From Antedon mediterranea (Eukaryota > Animalia > Echinodermata): a stretch of 64,000 nt of DNA. This document shows, piece by piece, positions 7,863-20,099 of this stretch. The stretch spans positions 10,416,001 to 10,480,000 of the forward strand of contig NC_092673.1 of assembly GCF_964355755.1 (NCBI RefSeq). Direction: 5' to 3'. Position numbers and translations under genes: made by a program. The notes under the pieces were generated by a model. The model did no database searches. It had not been told where the DNA came from and saw nothing but the letters and a program-made list of their open reading frames with translations. Within the stretch, counting starts at the first letter, position 1. Every line of letters starts with the position of its first letter.

Positions 7863-8734
7863 TAAAAAAAAAAATTATGCAAATATATTGTGTTAACATC
7901 ATCGTATAGAGACATAGCAGCTAGTTATGTCAAAAAAATAAAAGGGTCGAAAAATGGCAAAAATTCCCACTTTTTAAAATTCAATAATTATGCTATAATA
8001 TTGCCACTTTTGCAAATATATTTTGCTAACATCTTCTTATAGAGCCATAGTAATTAGTTATGTCAAAAAAATAAAAGGGTTAAAATTTGGCCATTTTTGC
8101 GAAAATTTCCCTGGGGGGGGGGGGGGACCATAGGAATTTTTTCGAAAAATGACTAAAATTTCCACTTTTTAAAATTCAAAAATTATGCTATAATATTGGC
8201 ATTTATGCACATATATTGTGCTGACATCATCTTATAGAGCCATAGGAACTACTTATGTCAAAATATAAAAGGGTCGAAAATGGCAAAAATTTTACACTTT
8301 TTAAAATTAAATAATTATGCTACAATTTTGCCATTTATGGACATATATTGTGTTAACATCATCTTATAGAGCCATCGTAACTAGTTATGTTAAAAAGGAA
8401 AAGGGTCAACATTTTTGCCAGTTTTCGAAAATTTCCCTCTAGGGGACTATAAGAAGTTTTTTGAAAAAGGGCCAAAATTTCCAATTTTTTAAATTCTATA
8501 ATTATGATATAATATTGTCATTTATGCAAATATATTGTGTTAACATCATCTTATAGAGCCATAGTAACTAGTTAGGTCAAAAAATAAAAGGGTCGAAATT
8601 TAGCCATTTTTCAAATAATTTTCCTGCTGGGACCATAAGATTTTTTTTCGAAAAATGGCGAAAATTTACTCTCTCTCGCTGATCTATCTCTCTCTCGGTG
8701 ATCTATCTCTCTCGCTGATCTATCTCTCTCTCTC

Positions 8735-8912
8735 TCTCAATCTCGCTGATCTCTCTCTCTCTCTCTCAATCTCGCTGATCTCTCTCTCTCTCTCTCAATC
8801 TCGCTGATCTCTCTCTCTCTCTCTCAATCTCGCTGATCTCTCTCTCTCTCAATCTCGCTGATCTCTCTCTCTCTCTCAATCTCGCTGATCTCTCTCTCTC
8901 TCAATCTCGCTG

Positions 8913-8944
<32 letters not shown>

Positions 8945-9070
8945 CTCGCTGATCTCTCTCTCTCTCTCAATCTCGCTGATCTCTCTCTCTCTCTCTCTCT
9001 CTCAATCTCGCTGATCTCTCTCTCTCTCTCTCAATCTCGCTGATCTTTCTCTCTCTCTCAATCTCGCTGA

Positions 9071-9080
<10 letters not shown>
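8735..9080 (+). repeat. Edge-specific variant sub-array CAATCTCGCTGAT(CT)n, ~12 units
   Basis: CAATCTCGCTG occurs at ~8738, 8767, 8796, 8826, 8850, 8877, 8902, 8941, 8968, 9003, 9032 and 9059. These units lack the CTAT of the standard unit. Confidence 0.9.
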
Positions 9081-9103
<23 letters not shown>

Positions 9104-12100
9104 TCTATCTCTCTCTCGCTGATCTATCTCTCTCTCGCTGATCTATCTCTCGCTGATCTATCTCTCTATCGCTGATCTATCTCTCTCTCGCTGATCTATC
9201 TCTCTCTCGCTGATCTATCTCTCTCTCTCGCTGATCTATCACTCTCTCTCGCTGATCTATCTCTCTCTCTCGCTGATCTATCTCTCTCTCTCGCTGATCT
9301 ATCTCTCTCTCGCTGATCTATCTCTCTCGCTGATCTATCTCTCTCGCTGATCTATCTCTCTCTCTCTCTCTCTCGCTGATCTATCTCTCTCTCGCTGATC
9401 TATCTCTCTCTCGCTGATCTAACTCTCTCGCTGATCTATCTCTCTCTCGCTGATCTATCTCTTTCTCGCTGATCTATCTCTCTCTCGCTGATCTATCTCT
9501 CTCTCGCTGATCTATCTCTCTCTCGCTGATCTATCTCTCTCTCGCTGATCTATCTCTCTCTCGCTGATCTATCACTCTCTCTCGCTGATCTATCTCTCTC
9601 TCTCTCGCTGATCTATCTCTCTCTCTCGCTGATCTATCTCTCTCTCGCTGATCTATCTCTCTCGCTGATCTATCTCTCTCTCGCTGATCTATCTCTCTCT
9701 CTCTCTCGCTGATCTATCTCTCTCTCGCTGATCTATCTCTCTCGCTGATCTATCTCTCTCTCGCTGATCTATCTCTCTCTCTCTCGCTGATCTATCTCTC
9801 TCTCGCTGATCTATCTCTCTCTCGCTGATCTATCTCTCTCTCGCTGATCTGTCTCTCTCGCTGATCTATCTCTCTCTCGCTGATCTATCTCTCTCTCGCT
9901 GATCTATCTCTCTCTCGCTTATCTATCTCTCTCTCGCTGATTTATCTCTCTCTCGCTGATCTATCTCTCTCTCGCTGATCTATCTCTCACTCGCTGATCT
10001 ATCTCTCACTCTCTGATCTATCTCTCTCTCGCTGATCTATCTCTCTCTCGCTGATCTATCTCTCTTTGTTGATCTATCTCTCTCTCGCTGATCTATCTCT
10101 CTCTCTCGCTGATCTATCTCTCTCGCTGATCTATCTCTCTCTCGCTGATCTATCTCTCTCTCGCTGATCTATCTCTCTCTCTCGCTGATCTATCTCTCTC
10201 GCTGATCTATCTCTCTCTCTCGCTGATCTATCTCTCTCTCGCTGATCTATCTCTCTCTCGCCGATCTATCTCTCTCTCGCTGATCTATCTCTCTCTCGCT
10301 GATCTATATCTCTCTCGCTGATCTATCTCTCTCTCGCTGTACTTTCTCTCTCTCTGGCTGATCTATCTGTCTCTCTCTCGCTGATCTATCCCTCTCGCTG
10401 ATCTATCTTTCTCTCGCTGATCTATCTCTCTCTCTCGCTGATCTATCTCTCTCGCTGATCTATCTTTCTCTCGCTGATCTATCTCTCTCTCTCTCGCGCT
10501 GATCTATCTCTCTCTCGCTGATCTATCTCTCTCTCGCAGATCCATCTCTCTCTCGCTGATCTATCTCTCTCTCGCTGATCTATCTCCCTCACTGTTCTAT
10601 CTCTCTCTAGTTGATCTATCTCTCTCTCGCTGATCTATCTCTCTCTCGCTGATCTATCTCTCTCTCTCGCTGATCTATCTCTCTCTCGCTGATCTATCTC
10701 TCTCTCTTGCTGATCTATCACTCTCTCTCGCTGATCTATCTCTCTCTCGCGCTGATCTATCTCTCTCTCTCTCGCTGATCTATCTCTATCTCTCACTGAT
10801 GTATCTCTCTCTCTCGCGGATCTATCTCTCTCTCTCGCTGATCTATCTCTAGCTCTCTGTCGCTGATCTATCTCTAGTTTTCTCTCGCTGATCTATCTCT
10901 CTCGGTCGCTGATCTATCTCTCTCTGTCGCTGATCTATCTTTCTCTGTCGCTGATCTATCTCTCTCTGTCGCTAATCTATCTCCCTCTGTCGCTGATCTA
11001 TCTCTCTCTGTCGCTGATCTATCTCTCTCTGTCGCTGATTTATCTCTCGCTGATCTATCTCTCTCTCTCTCTCTCGCTGATCTGTCTCTCTCTCGCTGAT
11101 CTATCTCTCTCTCGCTGATCTATCTCTCTCTCGCTGATCTATCTCTCTCTCGTTGATCTATCTCTCTCTCGCTTATCTATCTCTCTCTCGCTGATCTACC
11201 TCTCTCTTTCGCTGATCTATCTCTCTCTCTCGCTGATCTATCTCTCTCGCTGATATATCTCTCTCTCGCTGATCTAACTCTCTCGCTGATCTATCTCTCT
11301 CTCGCTGATCTATCTCTTTCTCGCTGATCTATCTCTCTCTCGCTGATCTATCTCTCTCGCTGATCTATCTCTCTCTCGCTGATCTATCTCTCTCTCGCTG
11401 ATCTATCTCTCTCTCGCTGATCTATCTCTCTCTCTCGCTGATCTATCACTCTCTCTCGCTGATCTATCTCTCTCTCTCTCGCTGATCTATCTCTCTCTCT
11501 CGCTGATCTATCTCTCTCTCGCTGATCTATCTCTCTCGCTGATCTATCTCTTTCTCGCTGATCTATCTCTCTCTCTCTCTCTCGCTGATCTATCTCTCTC
11601 TCGCTGATCTATCTCTCTCTCGCTGATCTATCTCTCTCTCTCTCTCTCGCTGATCTATCTCTCTCTCTCGCTGATCTATCTCTCTCTCGCTGATCTATCT
11701 CTCTCTCTCGCTGATCTATCTCTCTCGCTGATCTATCTCTCTCTCGCTGATCTATCTCTCTCTCGCTGATCTATCTCTCTCTCGCTGATCTATCTCTCTC
11801 TCTCGCTGATCTATCACTCTCTCTCGCTGATCTATCTCTCTCTCTCGCTGATCTATCTCTCTCTTGCTGATCTATCTCTCTCTCGCTGATCTATCTCTCT
11901 CGCTGATCTATCTCTCTCTCGCTGATCTATCTCTCTCTCTCTCTCGCTGATCTATCTCTCTGTCGCTGATCTATCTCTCTCTCGCTGATCTATCTCTCTC
12001 TCGCTGATCTATCTCTCTCTCGCTGATCTATCTCTCTCTCGCTGATCTATCTCTCTCTCGCTTATCTATCTCTCTCTCGCTGATCTACCTCTCTCTCGCT

Positions 12101-15100
12101 GATCTATCTCTCTCTCTCGCTGATCTATCTCTCTCTCGCTGATATATCTCTCTCTCGCTGATCTAACTCTCTCGCTGATCTATCTCTCTCTCGCTGATCT
12201 ATCTCTTTCTCGCTGATCTATCTTTCTCTCGCTGATCTATCTCTCTCTCGCTGATCTATCTCTCTCTCGCTGATCTATCTCTCTCTCGCTGATCTATCTC
12301 TCTCTCGCTGATCTATCTCTCTCTCGCTGATCTATCACTCTCTCTCGCTGATCTATCTCTCTCTCTCTCTCGCTGATCTATCTCTCTCTCGCTGATCTAT
12401 CTCTCTCTCGCTGATCTATCTCTCTCGCTGATCTATCTCTCTCTCGCTGATCTATCTCTCTCTCTCGCTGATCTATCTCTCTCTCTCGCTGATCTATCTC
12501 TCTCTCGCTGATCTATCTCTCTCTCGCTGATCTATCTCTCTCTCGCTGATCTATCTCTCTCGCTGATCTATCTCTCTCTCGCTGATCTATCTCTCTCTCT
12601 CTCTCGCTGATCTATCTCTCTCTCGCTGATCTATCTCTCTCTCGCTGATCTATCTCTCTCTCGCTGATCTGTCTCTCTCGCTGATCTATCTCTCTCTCGC
12701 TGATCTATCTCTCTCTCGCTGATCTATCTCTCTCTCGCTGATCTATCTCTCTCTCGCTTATCTATCTCTCTCTCGCTGATCTACCTCTCTCTCGCTGATC
12801 TATCTCTCTCTCTCGCTGATCTATCTCTCTCTCGCTGATATATCTCTCTCTCGCTGATCTAACTCTCTCGCTGATCTATCTCTCTCTCGCTGATCTATCT
12901 TTCTCTCGCTGATCTATCTCTCTCTCGCTGATCTGTCTCTCTCGCTGATCTATCTCTCTCTCGCTGATCTATCTCTCTCTCGCTGATCTATCTCTCTCTC
13001 GCTGATCTATCTCTCTCTCGCTTATCTATCTCTCCCTCGCTGATCTACCTCTCTCTCGCTGATCTATCTCTTTCTCTCGCTGATCTATCTCTCTCTCGCT
13101 GATATATCTCTCTCTCGCTGATCTAACTCTCTCGCTGATCTATCTCTCTCTCTCGCTGATCTATCTCTCTCGTTGATCTATCTCTCTCGCTGATCTATCT
13201 CTCTCTCGCTGATCTATCTCTCTCTCTCTCGCTGATCTATCTCACTCTCGCTGATCTATCTCTCTCTCGCTGATCTATCTCTCTCTCGCCGATCTATCTC
13301 TCTCTCGCTGATCTATCTCTCTCTCGCTGATCTATATCTCTCTCGCTGATCTATCTCTCTCTCGCTGATCTTTCTCTCTCTCTGGCTGATCTATCTCTCT
13401 CTCTCTCTCGCTGATCTATCTCTCTCGCTGATCTTTCTCTCTCTCGCTGATCTATCTCTCTCTCTCTCGCTGATCTATCTCTCTCGCTGATCTATCTTTC
13501 TCTCGCTGATCTATCTCTCTCTCTCTCGCGCTGATCTATCTCTCTCTCGCTGATCTATCCCTCTCTCGCTGATCCATCTCTCTCTCGCTGATCTATCTCT
13601 CTCTCGCTGATCTATCTCCCTCGCTGTTCTATCTCTCTCTAGTTGATCTATCTCTCTCTCGCTGATCTATCTCTCTCTCGCTGATCTATCTCTCTCTCGC
13701 TGATCTATCTCTCTCTCTCGCTGATCTATCTCTCTCTCGCTGATCTATCTCTCTCTCTCTTGCTGATCTATCACTCTCTCTCGCTGATCTATCTCTCTCT
13801 CGCACTGATCTATCTCTCTCTCTCTCGCTGATCTATCTCTATCTCTCACTGATCTATCTCTCTCTCTCGCTGATCTACCTCTCTCTCTCGCTGATCTATC
13901 TCTAGCTCTCTGTCGCTGATCTATCTCTAGCTCTCTTTCTCGCTGATCTATCTCTCTCTGTCGCTGATCTATCTCTCTCTGTCGCTGATCTATCTCTCTC
14001 TGTCGCTGATCTATCTCTCTCTGTCGCTGATCTATCTCCCTCTGTCGCTGATCTATCTCTCTCTGTCGCTGATCTATCTCTCTCTGTCGCTGATCTATCT
14101 CTCTATATCTCTTTCGCTGATCTATCTCTCTCGCTGATCTATCTCTCTCTCGCTGATCTATCTCCCTCTCGCTGATCTATTTCTCTCTCGCTGATCTATC
14201 TCTCTCTCGCTGATCTATCTCTCTCGCTGATCTATCTCTCTCTCTCTCTCGCTGATCTATCTCTCTCTCGCTGATCTATCTCTCTCTCGCTGATCTATCT
14301 GTCACTCGTTGATCTATCTCTCTCTCGCTGATCTATCTCTCTCTCTCTCGCTGATCTATCTCTCTCTCGCTGATCTATCTCTCTCTCGCTGATCTATCTC
14401 TCTCTCTCGCTGATCTATCTCTCTCGCTGATCTATCTTTCTCTCGCTGATCTATCTCTCTCTCTCGCTGATCTTTCTCTCTCTCGCTGATCTATCTCTCT
14501 CTCGCTGATCTATCTCTCTCTCTCGCTGATCTATCACTCTCTCTCGCTGATCTATCTCTCTCTCTCTCGCTGATCTATCTCTCTCTCTCTCGCTGATCTA
14601 TCTCTCTCTCGCTGATCTATCTTTCTCGCTGATCTATCTCTCTCTCGCTGATCTATCTCTCTCTCGCTGATCTATCTCTCTCTCGCTGATCTATCTCTCT
14701 CTCGCTGATCTATCTCTCTCTCGCTGATCTGTCTCTCTCTCGCTGATCTATCTCTCTCTCGCTGATCTATCTCTCTCTCGCTGATCTATCTCTCTCTCGC
14801 TGATCTATCTCTCTCGCTTATCTATCTCTCTCTCGCTGATCTACCTCTCTCTCGCTGATCTATCTCTCTCTCTCGCTGATCTATCTCTCTCTCGCTGATA
14901 TATCTCTCTCTCGCTGATCTAACTCTCTCGCTGATCTATCTCTCTCTCGCTGATATATCTCTTTCTCGCTGATCTATCTCTCTCGCTGATCTATTTCTCT
15001 CTCGCTGATATATCTCTTTCTCGCTGATCTATCTCTCTCTCGCTGATCTATCTCTCTCTCGCTGATCTATCTCTCTCTCGCTGATCTATCTCTCTCTCGC

Positions 15101-18100
15101 TGATCTATCTCTCTCTCTCGCTGATATATCACTCTCTCTCGCTGATATATCTCTCTCTCTCTCGCTGATCTATCTCTCTCTCTCGCCTATCTATCTCTCT
15201 CGCTGATCTATCTCTCTCTCTCGCTGATCTATCTCTCTCTCTCGCTGATCTATCTCTCTCACTCTCGCTGATCTATCTCTCTCTCGCTGATCTATCTCTC
15301 TCACTCGCTGATCTATCTCTCTCTCGCTGATCTCTCTTTCTCTCGCTGATCTATCTCTCTCTCGCTGATCTAACTCTCCCCCGCTGATCTATCTCTCTCT
15401 CGCTAATCTATCTCTCTCTCGCTGATCTATCTCTCTCTCTCGCTGATCTATCTCTCTCGCTGATCTATCTCTCTCTCGCTGATCTATCTCTCTCTCGCTG
15501 ATCTATCTCTCTCTCGCTGATCTATCTCTCTCTTGCTGATCTATCTCTCTCTCTCGCTGATCTATCACTCTCTCTCGCTGATCTATCTCTCTCTCTCGCT
15601 GATCTATCTCTCTCTCTCGCTGATCTATCTCTCTCTCGCTGATCTATCTCTCTCTTTCTCTCGCTGATCTATCTCTCTCTCGCTGATCTATCTCTCTCTC
15701 GCTGATCTATCTCTCTCTCTCGCTGATCTGTCTCCCTCTCGCTGATCTATCTCTCTCTCGCTGATCTATCTCTCTCTCGCTGATCTATCTCTCTCTCGTT
15801 GATCTATCTCTCTCTCGCTTATCTATCTCTCTCTCGCTGATCTACCTCTCTCTCGCTGATCTATCTCTGTCTCTCGCTGATCTATCTCTCTCTCGCTGAT
15901 ATATCTCTCTCTCGCTGATCTAACTCTCTCGCTGATCTATCTCTCTCTCGCTTATCTATCTCTTTCTCGCTGATCTATCTCTCTCTCGCTGATCTATCTC
16001 TCTCTCGCTGATCTATCTCTCTCTCGCTGATCTATCTCTCTCTCTCGCTGATCTATCTCTCTCTCGCTGATCTATCTCTCTCTCGCTGATCTATCACTCT
16101 CTCTCGCTGATCTATCTCTCTCTCTCGCTGATCTATCTCTCTCTCTCTCGCTGATCTATCTCTATCTCGCTGATCTATCTCTCTCGCTGATCTATCTCTC
16201 TCTCGATGATCTATCTCTCTCTCTCTCTCGCTGATCTATCTCTCTCTCGCTGATCTATCTCTCTCTCGCTGATCTATCTCTCTCTCTCTCTCTCTCTCTC
16301 GCTGATCTATCTCTCTCTCGCTGATCTATCTCTCTCTCTCGCTGATCTATCTCTCTCGCTGATCTATCTCTCTCTCGCTGATCTATCTCTCTCTCGCTGA
16401 TCTATCTCTCTCTCGCTGATCTATCTCTCTCTCGCTGATCTATCACTCTCTCTCGCTGATCTATCTCTCTCTCTCGCTGATCTATCTCTCTCTCGCTGAT
16501 CTATCTTTCTCTCGCTTATCTATCTCTCTCGCTGATCTATCTCTCTCTCGCTGATCTATCTCTCTCTCGCTGATCTATCTCTCTCTCGCTGATCTATCTC
16601 TCTCTCGCTGATCTGTCTCTCTCTCGCTGATCTATCTCTCTCTCGCTGATCTATCTCTCTCTCGCTTATCTATCTCTCTCTCGCTGATCTACCTCTCTCT
16701 CGCTGATCTATCTCTCTCTCTCGCTGATCTATCTCTCTCTCGCTGATCTAACTCTCTCGCTGATCTATCTCTCTCCCGCTGATCTATCTCTTTCTCGCTG
16801 ATCTATCTCTCTCTCGCTGATCTATCTCTTTCTCGCTGATCTATCTCTCTCTCGCTGATCTATCTCTCTCTCGCTGATCTATCTCTCTCTCGCTGATCTA
16901 TCTCTCTCTCGCTGATCTATCACTCTCTCTCGCTGATCTATCTCTCTCTCTCTCGCTGATCTATCTCTCTCTCGCTGATCTATCTCTCTCTCGCTGATCT
17001 ATCTCTCTCGCTGATCTATCTCTCTCGCTGATCTATCTCTCTCTCTCTCTCGCTGATCTATCTCTCTCTCTCTCGCTGATCTATCTCTCTCGCTGATCTA
17101 TCTCTCTCTCGCTGATCTATCTCTCTCTCGCTGATCTATCTCTCTCGCTGATCTATCTCTCTCTCGCTGATCTATCTCTCTCTCTCTCTCTCGCTGATCT
17201 ATCTCTCTCTCTCTCTCGCTGATCTATCTCTCTCTCGCTGATCTATCTCTCTCTCGCTGATCTATCTCTCTCTCGCTGATCTGTCTCTCTCGCTGATCTA
17301 TCTCTCTCTCGCTGATCTATCGCTCTCTCGCTGATCTATCTCTCTCTCTCGCTTATCTATCTCTCTCTCGCTGATCTACCTCTCTCTCGCTGATCTATCT
17401 CTCTCTCTCGCTGATCTATCTCTCTCTCGCTGATATATCTCTCTCTCGCTGATCTAACTCTCTCGCTGATCTATCTCTCTCTCGCTGATCTATCTCTTTC
17501 TCGCTGATCTATCTCTCTCGCTGATCTATCTCTCTCTCGCTGATCTATCTCTCTCTCGCTGATCTATCTCTCTCTCGCTGATCTATCTCTCTCTCGCTGA
17601 TCTATCACTCTCTCTCGCTGATCTATCTCTCTATCTCTCGCTGATCTATCTCTCTCTCGCTGATCTATCTCTCTCGCTGATCTATCTCTCTCTCGCTGAT
17701 CTATCTCTCTCTCTCGCTGATCTATCTCTCTCGCTGATCTATCTCTCTCTCGCTGATCTATCTCTCTCTCTCTCGCTGATCTATCTCTCTCTCGCTGATC
17801 TATCTCTCTCTCGCTGATCTGTCTCTCTCGCTGATCTATCTCTCTCTCGCTGATTTATCTCTCTCTCGCTGATCTATCTCTCTCTCGCTTATCTATCTCT
17901 CTCTCGCTGATCTACCTCTCTCTCGCTGATCTATCTCTCTCTCTCGCTGATCTATCTCTCTCTCGCTGATATATCTCTCTCTCGCTGATCTAACTCTCTC
18001 GCAGATCTATCTCTCTCTCGCTGATCTATCTCTTTCTCGCTGATCTAACTCTTTCTCGCTGATCTATCTCTCTCTCGCTGATCTATCTCTCTCTTGCTGA

Positions 18101-20099
18101 TCTATCTCTCTCTCGCTGATCTATCTCTCTCTCGCTGATCTATCTCTCTCTCACTGATCTATCACTCTCTCTCGCTGATCTATCTCTCTCTCTCGCTGAT
18201 CTATCTCTCTCTCGCTGATCTATCTCTCTCGTTGATCTATCTCTCTCTCGCTGATCTATCTCTCTCTCGCTGATCTATCTCTCTCTCGCTGATCTATCTC
18301 TCTCTCGCTGATCTATCTCTCTCTCGCTGATCTATATCTCTCTCGCTGATCTATCTCTCTCTCGCTGATCTTTCTCTCTCTCTGGCTGATCTATCTTTCT
18401 CTCGCTGATCTATCTCTCTCGCTGATCTATCTCTCTCTCGCTGATCTATCTCTCTCTCTCGCTGATCTATCTCTCTCTCGCTGATCTATCTTTCTCTCGC
18501 TGATCTATCTCTCTCTCTCTCTCTCGCGCTGATCTATCTCTCTCTCTCTTGCTGATCTATCTCTCTCTCGCAGATCCATCTCTCTCTCGCTGATCTATCT
18601 TTCTCTCGCTGATCCATCTCTCTCTCTCTCGCGCGTTGATCTATCTCTCTCTCGCTGATCTATCTCTCTCTCGCAGATCCATCTCTCTCTCGCTGATCTA
18701 TCTCTCTCTCGCTGATCTATCTCCCTCGCTGTTCTATATCTCTCTAGTTGATCTATCTCTCTCGCTGATCTATCTCTCTCTCGCTGATCTATCTCTATCT
18801 CTCTCTCTCTCGCTGATCTATCTCTCTCTCGCTGATCTATCTCTCTCTCGCTGATCTATCTCTCTCTCGCTGATCTCTCTCTCTCTCTCGCTGATCTATC
18901 TCTCTCTCGCTGATCTTTCTCTCTCTCTCTCTCGCTGATCTATCTCTCTCTCGCTGATCTGTCTTTCTCTCTCTCTCGCTGATCTATCTCTCTCTCTCGC
19001 TGATCTATCTCTCTCTCGCTGATCTATCTCTCTCTCGCTGATCTATCTCTCTCGCTGATCTATCTCTCTCTCGCTGATCTATCTCTCTCTCTCTCGCTGA
19101 TCTATCTCTCTCTCGCTGATCTATCTCTCTCTCGCTGATCTATCTCTCTCTCGCTGATCTGTCTCTCTCGCTGATCTATCTCTCTCTCGCTGATCTATCT
19201 CTCTCTCTCGCTGATCTATCTCTCTCTCTCGCTGATCTATCTCTCTCTCGCTTATCTATCTCTCTCTCGCTGATCTACCTCTCTCTCGCTGATCTATCTC
19301 TCTCTCTCTCGCTGATCTATCTCTCTCTCGCTGATATATCACTCTCTCGCTGATCTAACTCTTTCGCTGATCTATCTCTCTCTCGCTGATCTATCTCTTT
19401 CTCGCTGATCTATCTATCTCTCGCTGATCTATCTCTCTCTCGCTGATCTATCTCTCTCTCGCTGATCTATCTCTCTCTCGCTGATCTATCTCTCTCTCGC
19501 TGATCTATCTCTCTCTCGCTGATCTATCACTCTCTCTCGCTGATCTATCTCTCTCTCTCGCTGATCTATCTCTCTCTCGCTGATCTATCTCTCTCGCTGA
19601 TCTATCTCTCTCGTTGATCTATCTCTCTCTCGCTGATCTATCTCTCTCTCTCTCTCTCGCTGATCTATCTCTCTCTCGCTGATCTATCTCTCTCTCGCTG
19701 ATCTATCTCTCTCTCGCTGATCTATATCTCTCTCGCTGATCTATCTCTCTCTCGCTGATCTTTCTCTCTCTCTGGCTGATCTATCTTTCTCTCGCTGATC
19801 TATCTCTCTCGCTGATCTATCTCTCTCTCGCTGATCTATCTCTCATTCTCGCTGATCTATCTCTCTCTCGCTGATCTATCTTTCTCTCGCTGATCTATCT
19901 CTCTCTCTCTCGCGCTGATCTATCTCTCTCTCTCGCTGATCTATCTCTCTCTCGCAGATCCATCTCTCTCTCGCTGATCTATCTTTCTCTCGCTGATCTA
20001 TCTCTCTCTCTCGCGCGCGCTGATCTATCTCTCTCTCGCTTATCTATCTCTCTCTCTCGCAGATCCATCTCTCTCTCGCTGATCTATCTCTCTCTCGCT

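Larger units (their letters stand above)
5640..7874 (+). mobile_element. 5'-truncated non-LTR retrotransposon (Tx1/L1-type LINE), 2235 bp
   Basis: Perfect 14-bp TSD TTATGCAAATATAT at 5626-5639 and 7875-7888. A11 tail at 7864-7874 preceded by AATAAA at 7835-7840. An ORF2 C-terminal fragment lies at the 5' end, and the satellite monomer resumes exactly after the TSD. Confidence 0.92.
3811..8669. repeat. Tandem satellite B, ~186-bp AT-rich monomer with internal inverted repeats, interrupted by two mobile elements
   Basis: The GTTATGT anchor occurs at 3995, 4188, 4374, 4562, 4747 and 4933 (spacing 185-193), then at 5318 and 5489. The array resumes at 7875, where some monomers are internally deleted. 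Confidence 0.95.

Noticed and set aside
5654-7915. Alternative-frame and antisense ORFs in the LINE (5654, 5968, 5972, 6817, 7674, 7733)
   Set aside because: They are shadows of ORF2 or of the AT-rich UTR, with no motifs.
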